From assembly GCA_051362555.1 (NCBI GenBank), contig CM120648.1, forward strand, positions 8,676,587 through 8,740,586: a DNA stretch of 64,000 bases, written 5' to 3'. The stretch is from Lingula anatina. Lineage: Eukaryota; Animalia; Brachiopoda. Position 1 is the stretch's first letter. Each line of letters starts with the position of its first letter. This document shows, in pieces, positions 12,085 through 22,287 of the stretch. Below the pieces are notes generated by a model. The model was not told the DNA's origin, searched no databases, and saw only the letters and a program-made list of their open reading frames with translations. Position numbers and translations under genes: made by a program.

Positions 12085-13837
12085 CGTGTTCCTATTTAAT
12101 ATTTATCTACTTACCTTTACAAGTTGAGATTCTTTTTCATCCCAGCTCTACCCACTCCGCCCCTTTTATCGCTCTCACTGAACTTAAGAGTAGAGCTCAT
12201 ATTACTCGTACAGTATTGTACGGAACAAGGCTCACATTAAGGTACTACTATGCCTTTCAGCATTCCTTCCATGTCCTTTAAGATATTACCTTATCACTGG
12301 CTAATACATGTAATGCAACTTACCAGAATAAACTGTTATCCGTTTTAAATTCTACATTTCACGAAACAACATCATTTCCCATATAAATTGTTATGGATTT
12401 CATCTTCCTATTTGGAATAACACATACATGTCGTACCCATCCTGTCTTGTGAAAATAGCTCTTTTTCAGTTAATTTTTATAGCAGGTTCCTGACCTTCTT
12501 CAACCGTGCAGAGTCCACAAAGAAATAACTGGTGTTCATCTACCGTAGGCGTTTAATGTCTGCGCGCATGCCACTTAACTCAAGTCTTACGGGTCCCTTT
12601 TCCCTAAGCACTGAATATAAATTGACTAAGATCTTACTAGCATAAACTCGTGTGCTTATTAGCCATTTGTTACTGTCCTCCTTAATTGGATGGGACAGGG
12701 GACGGGGTAAACCTTATCGAATACTAAAAAGGTAAGTTCACAATGAAACTGTTGTGCCAGGTAGTTTGAACTCACTCTATATCCCTCCTGTTGGCTTTGA
12801 GTAGAAAGCAGAAAAGCGGGTACTAAACAAGAGGAGGCTTGTTCATCTGTTATACAGACTGCATTCAGCAAGAGTCCCCGCGGAGCTAGTTCGAACTGCC
12901 TAGTAAGAAAGTTTCATTGTAAACGCACCCAAAGTCAAATACGCTAGTGGAGATTGTCACGCTGTATTCTATGAAATTATTAGAGCAGTTGACAGCTAGA
13001 TAGGTGTTATTTTGGATAACGTTGAACCCGTGTCACCTGCCTGTCCTGAATTTGAATCAAGGTGGTATTCAGGTAAATAAGCGATGACTGTTTCTCATCT
13101 CGCTGAATATTTATAACTCATGACGTCCTTTAACCATGGCTCTCGCGCTGAATATAGTAAACTTTGCATAACAATAACTATTTTTGTCTGTAAAGACGTC
13201 GAGTGGTTGAGGAGATATTTCTATAAAGCATTTTTTTATATTGAAAAAATCCTTTTATTGCCTATTTCTAACAGATATATACTGACAGTCAATGAAAACG
13301 CATCATTTATTTATCAAATAATATTTTAAGTTCCTTTGGCACATTAAGAAAATAACAGTTTTCGTGTGAAATATGAAATAGTGGTCAGCCCACTCTCTTA
13401 TGACCAAACAAGTGCATTTGTACTCGTTAATATGGTTGGAATCGATTCTCGGTAAAAAAAAAAGTAGAAGAACGTTTTCTGATGCGTTTTCATTGACTGT
13501 CAGTATATTTTTACGTTTAGCATTCCCAGCGATGTTTGAAAACACGTTTTCAAAACCCAGCATTGCTGACGCGATAAGCACAATGCAGCGGCCTATATTA
13601 ATACACGCCAGGATTTGTAGAGTGAGGACCTAAAGAAATAAACAGGAGAGTACAGGTTCATGAAAAACCCGTTAGATAATACGTTGACATTTTTACAACA
13701 GTTGATGATAATGATATTATGAGTGTTGTCTAGGATTGATCTTGTCACGACTTTTGAAAGGGTTTTTAAAAGTAGCGACCTAAAAACTATGAGTTGACTT
13801 AGATTTTGATTGTTGAACAAGTACATGTATGCCTTCA

Positions 13838-14110
13838 GGGACCGATTTCACAAAACGGCTATGGTCTCAAAGTTGGTCTAAACTTTTGTCTTCTTCCGGT
13901 CAAAATAAACTCATACATTTAGATGAAACATTGACCTATAACAGCAGTTTTATCGCACATGTTGTAAAATGGGCACAGTATTTCATTTAAATGCCTAATG
14001 TCAAAATGGACACAATTTTTCTTCTTTAAGTTCAGACCAATTTTTTTTTTTTTTTTTTTTTTTTTTGGGGGGGGGGGGGGGGGGCTGTGGTCGTTTCATA
14101 CAACCGGCCC
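13838..14110. mobile_element. Harbinger-like MITE containing a poly-T/poly-G tract
   Basis: Imperfect TIR GGGACCGATTTCACAAAACGGCTAT / GTGGTCGTTTCATACAACCGGCCC. Confidence 0.5.
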
Positions 14111-15343
14111 ATGTAGTTTTCCGGGCTGCAGCTCTTATTGTTAAATAATATTTTCTAAGTCTAGTGCCAAACACCGATTAAACGATTTTTCGGACCCCCA
14201 TAAGATGCGGTAACTTCAAACTCCAGTTTACTGTAAACATGACGCAAAAAAAGCAACTGTCTCTCCGAAATGAATTTACGGACAAAACACTACAGGCACT
14301 TATTTTGACTTTGTCTCATTTCTCTTGGCAAAATGTAAACTCTTCTTTAGATGTGCTGACGTGAATATAAATAATAAATGTAATCGACGTGGGATTGTTC
14401 ATTAATGTATCATTCTCGGTGAAAACATTTCATTGAAAGGCAGCGAAGCAATGAACCGTCCCTCCATTGCCAAAAACCTACTTTTAAAACGATATCTTAT
14501 TCACTTCCTGTTTGCGACGATCTCTTCAGTTAACTAATTGGACTAACTGCTTAGAAATGGGGTGAGTGTTTGATCTTTTTATTGATTACACCCGTGACAC
14601 CTGGGAGCACTCTAAGAGATCAGAACGCCGTATAATCCAAACAACAACTTTTATAATCAAGCAGACAGCACCATATACAGGGGATTTAAAACAGCGGCTG
14701 TGTCAACTTACACATTTCAAATAAGATGCTTTATTCATTATAACGAATACATCAATATGGGTAGATGAAAATGTACCATAGGAATAAAATTATAGATACA
14801 TTTACTATTCAGTAATGATAAAATATAATAAAGACATTTTATTCTGGGATAATGAATGCTAATAGGTTAAGGCTTGTAAAACCTGTCAGTGACGCACCTT
14901 TTAAATGGCCCCGGGCCAACTGGCGTGATCTCCCCTATTTGAAACAGACAGCAGACAAGTTCTGCTAGTTGCCTAAATGGTCATTTTCTGTAAAATGGAT
15001 TTTCTAGAAAGCAGTTTAAGTATAGAATAGTAGCATGCTTTTTAGGTGTCAAATGTAATACATTAATATATATTATTAGAGAAATAAGAGACAAAACGTC
15101 CTGTGAATTGTTCTTTGTGCGGTTTTTCATTGATTCTGGGACTTCAATTATCCCTCTCCGTTCATAGTACAGCCTCTGTGAGCTGTTTTCGCCACAGTTT
15201 CAGATATTCTCTGGGCTTTCAATGTTATTCGTGCAATCACTCTCACATCAGAGATACGTTTTACATGAGATTTTATTCTTCGACGCTCCTTTTTGGCGAG
15301 GCGGGAAGCACAGGTGTAGAGCCCGTGGCATGGTGGCTTGTTT

Positions 15344-18076
15344 TCAATCTGATTTTTTCCTCAAATCTTCCAATACTCTCTTGGTGCACACTGTAGATAA
15401 AAAGATGTACGCACCGTCCAATGAGGCTGTGACAATAAATATATACCAAAACACAGTGAACACTGTTGGGTCACTCATCAGACTGGCAATAAAACCAAAA
15501 ATCCAATGTGCTCCCATCAATGTAAACAACTTCACGTAGATGAAAAAGGGGTGGTTTTTATTTTTAGAAGAGTTCAGTTCTTTGGCGTTGTTCATGGCGC
15601 CATGAATTGCTCGGGAGGCTATCGTGAAAAGTATCAGATTCACAAGGATAATCAAACCGACTGGGGCCACCATGAATATAATAAGAGGGTATTTCTTGGA
15701 AATCCAGCAAATTCCTGACGTGTAATTCGCTTGGAAGTCTTCGTTGATGTCGACAAAATCCAAAATGAGACACGTCGCCACAATCAACCCGGAGCAAAGC
15801 GAGGTATAGATACAGTACGTGAGGAACCGTTTCCTCGACCCTCCAGATCGGTCGGAAGTCAGAGGCGATTTCGTACCAAATGTCCGCGTCATGTCGACTG
15901 CAATGGCGTTCATCCAGAGGAAGGAACACAGTACGCCCCAATGGTACAATACAGCGACAACTTGGCATCCGACTTTGTTGCCAAGAAAAAATGGTCTCAT
16001 TAGGAAGAGGACTTTAGATATGAAGAGGACAAAAACGAGGCAAAACTGAAGTCTCCCTGGAAACGTCCGAAAGACGGCAACACATGGCTGTAAGACAATC
16101 CGTATAAGTATACATAAACAAGATATAGCTAAGCATATCACAGTTACGATTCCTTCAGAAGCGGACAGATTGTTATTTATTTGGTTGACGTATGGATTAG
16201 AAGAGTTTCCCGTAGAATCATTAACCTCATGTCTTCTGAATAACGACTCCAGGGTATCAGCACATACCCATACCTGATTATCCCACACTTGATAATCCTC
16301 TCTGTCTATCACGGTATTTGCGACATGAACTGAAATAGACCCATTCTGCAAAATACCATAGTCAGAAGTATTAAGGGCAATACGAGGGCAGTCGCTTACC
16401 CCAGAGTGGAAAGGGCTGAAGGTGTATGTGTTACCGATATATTTAAATGTTTCATTCGTGTTGTTATTATAAGCAGCAACTATCACGTCAATGACTTGAC
16501 CAAGCGCTATTATGATTGTTGCATTAAGTTGGTTTTCGCCAACTTTCGTATCATTTGTTTTCAGTAGAAATTGGGTTTCTATGTTGGCAGCCCTTGGATT
16601 AACAGTGTCGACATAGTTCGTTACAACTTCTCCATGTGATGGGAATGCTTTCTCAAAGAACGTTGTCAGTGCCCGTGCTATGTCCGTCTTCTGTCCTTTA
16701 AAAGGGTGAAGTATTTGAAATTTGTCAATGCCCAAAGGAACCGTCTCGTTTGGGTCTTTCGTAGCCCATACCGTCACGATTTTCACGTTACTAAGAGGGT
16801 ATCTGTACACGCAGACGCCGTCCTGCAACAAGTAATCTCTTGAGCATTGAATCGGTTTACACGACTGGTCAAAGACAAAGCAATTTGACAGTGTTTCCTT
16901 GATAACTGCCCTCTCTTCTTCCTGGGACGTTTTGACACTAATGCGAAGGCCATCGAGGCCGTTAAAATCCATAAGAACTCGAAAGGAGAAAAAAGAAATA
17001 TCCGTGTCCCGATCACCGATTAATCCTCCAAAGCAGTTCACGTTAAGCCGATCCTTAAAGTTACACATACCACAGAATTCATTTTTAAACTTTTGTCCAC
17101 CAAAGACGTATAATTGGTAACGATGGCATTCGCGGACCAATTTTTCATTGGTGCAGTTTTTCGAGCAGTCCCCGACGGCATGCTCACACAGGCGATACGG
17201 ACTCCAGGCCGGAGGCATGATGGCCTGTTTGCACTGGTCACTGTTCTCTAGCTCAGTGATGGCGTTTGATGAATTTTCGAGGTAAACAGGTTGAGAGCAG
17301 TTGAATTGCAGCTCCCAGAATATGAAGTCGCCTATACCGTTGCAGACGGCACAAAAGGAGTTTCGGTAATGGACTCCGGTTCTTCTGTCGGTTACGGGCA
17401 GGAGATATTTTACATCGAGATAAAGGGGATTGCCCTCTTTCTCACAGCCATTGGTAACCATCTGAGATGTCCAGTTGGTGGGGCATTTTCCAATGACAAG
17501 CACATTATTACTTGAGGTCCTCTCTGTTGAGTAAAAAGGATACTTCATCCTCTGGCAGATAGTTCCCGAATGGTAATCGACACTCATGTTCAGAGTTGAT
17601 TTCAACGCAGAATACTTCGCCTTTACATCCGGGCATTTGCTGTCCACATCTGGACAACAGTCGCCGTTAAAATTACACATGTAATCGCAAGAGCACCACT
17701 TCAGTCGGTCTTTCCATCGACTGCTGACTGCACCACAGTGGCCTTCGCACGTCATGTTATTGGCGTATAGTCCACATGGGGGCGCGGTTTCGAAGCGCGG
17801 AGTTGGTGGCTCGCGGTCTGGTTCTCCGCAGAGAAACTCGGAAGAAACCGACATCGTTTTGGTCGACACTGTGTAGGCTTCGATGGCTGTGAACGTGCTT
17901 CCGTTATACCCCTCTGTTGCTGTTGTAGTTGCTGTTGTTGTCATAGCAGTTGTTGGTGTTGGTGTTGACGTCGCCAAAAGTCCATGTCCATCCTGTATAC
18001 AGCAAATGAAGTACAAGCTTAGTACGAAATAGCCCGCGTGTCTGCAGCGTGGCCTTGTGTTACGGGTAGAAACCAT
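15344..18076 (-). CDS. SMB/Cys-rich family-B 7TM receptor, paralog 2 (910 aa, C-tail truncated by frameshift)
   Basis: Same architecture as paralog 1. Start context TTTCAG|CACC ATG G. A 1-bp deletion after EDLR relative to paralog 3 ends the ORF at KKSD*. Confidence 0.88.
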   Translation of the reverse strand: MVSTRNTRPRCRHAGYFVLSLYFICCIQDGHGLLATSTPTPTTAMTTTATTTATEGYNGSTFTAIEAYTVSTKTMSVSSEFLCGEPDREPPTPRFETAPPCGLYANNMTCEGHCGAVSSRWKDRLKWCSCDYMCNFNGDCCPDVDSKCPDVKAKYSALKSTLNMSVDYHSGTICQRMKYPFYSTERTSSNNVLVIGKCPTNWTSQMVTNGCEKEGNPLYLDVKYLLPVTDRRTGVHYRNSFCAVCNGIGDFIFWELQFNCSQPVYLENSSNAITELENSDQCKQAIMPPAWSPYRLCEHAVGDCSKNCTNEKLVRECHRYQLYVFGGQKFKNEFCGMCNFKDRLNVNCFGGLIGDRDTDISFFSFRVLMDFNGLDGLRISVKTSQEEERAVIKETLSNCFVFDQSCKPIQCSRDYLLQDGVCVYRYPLSNVKIVTVWATKDPNETVPLGIDKFQILHPFKGQKTDIARALTTFFEKAFPSHGEVVTNYVDTVNPRAANIETQFLLKTNDTKVGENQLNATIIIALGQVIDVIVAAYNNNTNETFKYIGNTYTFSPFHSGVSDCPRIALNTSDYGILQNGSISVHVANTVIDREDYQVWDNQVWVCADTLESLFRRHEVNDSTGNSSNPYVNQINNNLSASEGIVTVICLAISCLCILIRIVLQPCVAVFRTFPGRLQFCLVFVLFISKVLFLMRPFFLGNKVGCQVVAVLYHWGVLCSFLWMNAIAVDMTRTFGTKSPLTSDRSGGSRKRFLTYCIYTSLCSGLIVATCLILDFVDINEDFQANYTSGICWISKKYPLIIFMVAPVGLIILVNLILFTIASRAIHGAMNNAKELNSSKNKNHPFFIYVKLFTLMGAHWIFGFIASLMSDPTVFTVFWYIFIVTASLDGAYIFLSTVCTKRVLEDLRKKSD

Positions 18077-18256
18077 GGTGCTGAAATGAATAAACGTGTA
18101 GTGAAGTACGATCCCTTATAAGGATGCTGTCCTTACTAATGTCAATCATTGACAGTAATAATTATTGAAACATTGCAATCCTGCCCCATTAGTGCCTATT
18201 AAATATCGATCAACTGTTTTGCAAATACAAAATCAATGATTAGAGGATACGCTTAA

Positions 18257-18620
18257 GGATATTGTCACCCTTCGACCAAAATTCTTTTTGTACTGCCTCA
18301 CACATTATTTTGGGTATTAAATAATTCTTCAGTGTTCATTTACACATATGTTATCTTACGAGTGACATCATAATTGCGATTATGAGGTAAAAACTGGAAA
18401 AAATACGGTTTCTTAAATTTCTCTTTTACCTAAGCACCCAAGAATAAAAGCACAGGTACAACTATCTCTAATGTGAGAGAGACTGCAAGGATACCATTGA
18501 TATTTCCGAGGTTTTTTTCATTGTTTTAAATCTCCACAAAGAGATGAATTATTGAATACATTTGATTCAGGAAAAAACTCATTTTCGGTATCTGAATGAT
18601 AATAAAGTGTTACAATATCC
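18257..18620. mobile_element. Kolobok-like non-autonomous element (TTAA TSD, GG...CC ends)
   Basis: TTAA|GGATATTGT...ACAATATCC|TTAA. The paralogous empty site ACGCTTAATGGACTATG is at ~25391-25407. Confidence 0.85.
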
Positions 18621-18960
18621 TTAATGGACTATGTAACAGCTTTCAGTCAACGCCGATTTAATGACACCATTTAGTGCTCTAAAACCCAGACAGCGATTTT
18701 TTTAAAGGCTTAGTTCAATTTTTTTTTTACGTTGATATAACAAAATAATACCTATGTTTTATGAAAATTTGTACGGTATCTGAATGATAATAAAGAGTTA
18801 CAATATCCTTAATGGACTATGTAACAGCTTTCAGTAAACGCCGATTTAATGAGACCATTTAGTACGCCAAAACCCAGCCAGCGATTTTTTTAGAAAGGCT
18901 TAGTTCAGATTTTATCATTGAAAAAGCAAAATGATACCTTTGTTTTATGAAAAGTTTGCA
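18586..18960. repeat. Tandem duplication of a 188-bp unit
   Basis: CGGTATCTGAATGATAATAAAG... starts at 18586 and again at 18774. Confidence 0.85.
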
Positions 18961-20239
18961 ATTATGCGCTCATAACTCCATAACAAAAACATTTAAACCA
19001 AAATGACGACACAGGACTGTGGCCTATGCACCCCTGGTCTACTATGCTAATTTTTGTGATAAAATCTTGTTCAGGGATGAAGTTACGCTCCATACCGATT
19101 GCCATCTCACCTCAAAATAGAAATTGTTAAACTGACGATTAAAGCTTTGAGTTGCTTATGCTTATACATTGCAACGAAAAATATATGAGTTCAATGCCTG
19201 TCTTATGTGCATCGTTATCTGGTAGCGCATTTTGTTTTAAAGGCCCACTAAGCAGGGTAAACGTGATCGGTGCATGATGAGAGATGAATGTGCCCGATGA
19301 AAACTTCGCAATATTAGTAAAAGATATGGATTCAGCTAGCAGCTAGCTTGTTATCAGTCATACAAAACATCCATTTCTTGTTTTTGTAAAACTAAAATGG
19401 CAAAATTTGTCCCGTTTAATTGGACTGTTTCTGAATTTTCTACCTTTGTGATAAAAATTTTCATTTGAATCTTAGGTCTTACAGTTTTACCAACCTTTTT
19501 TACCGCTAAAGCGCGGCACTGCTCTAGTTTCGTTTGCGTGTCTTCGAGATCAGGCATACGAAGGGATTGGGCGCATAACTTTAATATGGGCGCAATAAAA
19601 ACAAACTGATCTGTGAACTTACAGATCTGCGGATCAAATATGGCGCCACCCACTGGAAAGCGTGCCGTGATATTTAACTGCTCTGCCCCCGCTGGGACGG
19701 TGTTCGTGGGAAACGGAGATCCATTGTAAAGTGCTAGTGAGTCCGCCAGTCAACTTTGTTGTGAATGCTCTCTGTAATATACGATGACTTTGAACTGTAT
19801 TCTAAAACTACCAACTCCCGACATGTGTACCTTTAATTTGTGAGAATAGCTTTCTGATAATTGGGACGACAAACAATGACTGAAAGGCTGCTTAATGAAC
19901 CTTGGATCCATAAGTGATGGCTCCAAGTTTTTTTTTTTTAATTGTAGCTACTGCCATTAGTTTTAAGGATTATGATACATGCTTAACACATTTATCTCTC
20001 TTCTGCCATTCATATTCTTTCAAAGGAACTAAAGAAAGAATAGATAATAAAACAGCTGAACTCATGGTGATACAAATGTTAGTAAAACGCAACGGTCCAT
20101 ACCGGTAGCCGACTTTGATAAAAGTACTTTTTATCTTTGTACGTTTCAGAAAAGTACCGTCAGAATTACTTGGGCCATTTTATGCTTCTTAAAAGGACAT
20201 CAATGATTTAACCAAAACATTGACAAAAAAATGCCTCAC

Positions 20240-20435
20240 CTACATATGCACTATTGCCTTAACCTTGAGCGGGTTTTTTTTTTTTTTTTTAACGATACGC
20301 AAGCTAGGGCACTATGAACTGTAATGTGCGTAAGCTCCCGAACACACAGTTGGGCATGTGTATGAATTGCAAGTACATTCCCGTACATATGTGTAAAAAT
20401 GCACTTCACTACCCTTTTTACATATACTATACATG
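20240..20435 (-). promoter_or_regulatory. Putative non-coding first exon and core promoter of receptor paralog 2
   Basis: Donor TAG|GTGAG at 20239. The block is conserved at 26898-27105 (TAG|GTGCG) upstream of paralog 3. A 5'UTR intron is required by the acceptor 4 nt before the ATG. Confidence 0.4.
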
Positions 20436-20582
20436 CACAGGTAAGTGGTAGAAAACTCCCCCCCACCCATCAACCCGTCCATTAACAAGGGTATCTACTG
20501 TGGTAAACACTTAACACTATCGTTAAGTCGTCAACATACTAACTCCAATACTCCAACTGACCCTAACTTGCACTAACCATTT

Positions 20583-20766
20583 GGAAGCCCGGTGTCATAT
20601 ACCAGAAAGTCCCCCGTGACAGAGAGTCCGTTTCCCATTACTTTGAAGAGGTGAGCCGCGCCCTAGATTTTGACCCACTTAGGTCAGACTTACCCTAACC
20701 ATTATAAATATATGGAGGGCGGACTTTCTGCCACACGGACCCTCAGTTTCGTGACACCGGACTTCC
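20583..20766. mobile_element. Small MITE
   Basis: TIR GGAAGCCCGGTGTCA / TGACACCGGACTTCC with inner CAGAAAGTCC / GGACTTTCTG. Confidence 0.5.
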
Positions 20767-20950
20767 AGCCCTATTACACTGGGACAATTAGGCTACTATA
20801 AGTTACTATAAGTAACTGGCTCGCGCTGCCAGTAATTACGCGGCGGGATATTCAGGGCACAGACCGTGATCATAAGATAGCGCGAACAGAAAATAGAATT
20901 TAGAAAATAGACATTGCATGTGAACGAATCCTTAGTGTGTTATCTCTTTT

Positions 20951-21300
20951 CAAACAGATATCAGACCAATTGCAGTTCTGCTTTACATTAGTTGCCTAAA
21001 TGGTCTTATCATCTGAAAAGAGAAAAGATTATAAAATGCATTGTGACATGCTTTTTAGGTATCAAATATAATACATTTAGATATATTATTAGACAAATAA
21101 GAGAAAAAACGTCCTGTGAACTGTTCTTGGTTCGATTTTCGCTTGATTCTGGGATTTCTTTTATCCCTCTCCAATCATAGTACAAGCTCTGGGAACTGTT
21201 TTTGTCACAGTATCAGATAGTCTCTGGGCTATCCTTGCAGTCTCTCTCACATTAGAGATAGTTGTACCTGTACTTTTATTCTTTGACGTTCCGTTGCTCT
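20951..21300 (-). pseudogene. Relic 3' end (last codons plus 3'UTR) of a fourth SMB-7TM receptor copy
   Basis: Aligns with 21980-22337 and 14940-15290 and includes decayed ...SKNKSTGTT... codons. Confidence 0.75.
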
Positions 21301-22287
21301 AAGAGATTAGAACATTGTATAATCTAAAAATTTTTATAGTCAGGTAATTCAAAACAGCGGCTGTCAAGTAAACTCCTTGTTAGATGTGCTGACGTGAATA
21401 TAAATAATAAATGTAATCGACTTGGGATTGTTCATGAATGTATCATTCTCGGTGAAAACATTTCATTGAAAAGCAGCAAAGCACTGAACCTCCCCTCCAT
21501 TGCCAAATTCCTACCTTTAAAACTATATCTAATTCATTTCCTGTTTGCGACGAGCACTTCAATTAACTGATTGGGCTAACTGCTTAGAAATGGGGTGAGT
21601 GTTTGATCTTTTTAATGATTACACCCGTGACACCTGGGAGCACTCTAAGAGATCAGAACGCCGTATAATCCAAACAACAACTTTTATAATCAAGCAGACA
21701 GCGCCATATACAGGGGATTTAAAACAGCGGCTGTGTCAATTAAGCCACACATTTCAAATAAGATGCTTTATTCATTGTAACGTATACATCCACATGGGTA
21801 GATGAAATTGTACAATAGAAATTGAGGTTATAGATACATTTAATATTCAGTAATGACATAATAAAATAAAGGCATTTTCATACAAGGACAATGAATTCTA
21901 ATAGGTTAAGGCTTGTAAAACCTGTCAGTGACGCACCTTTTAAATGGCCCGCGGGCCAACTGGTGTGATTTCCCCTATTTGAAACAGACAGCAGACAAGT
22001 TCTGCTAGTTGCCTTAATGGTCTTTTTCTGTAAAATGGATTTTCTAGAAAGCAGTTTAAATATAGAATAATAGCATGCCTTGTAGGTGTCAAATGTAATA
22101 CAATTATATAAATTATTAGAGAAATAAGAGACAAAACGTCCTGTGAACTATTTTTAGTGCGATTTTTTATTGATTCTGGAATTTCAATTATCCTTCTCCA
22201 ATCGAAGTACAAGCTCTGTTAACTGTTTTTGCCACAGTTTCAGATAGCCTCTGGGCTTTCAATGGTATCCTTGCAATCTCTCTCACA

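Noticed and set aside
21599-21805. 68-aa ORF in the conserved 3' flank of receptor paralogs 2 and 3
   Set aside because: GTG start and no recognisable motif. The conservation is explained by the segmental duplication.
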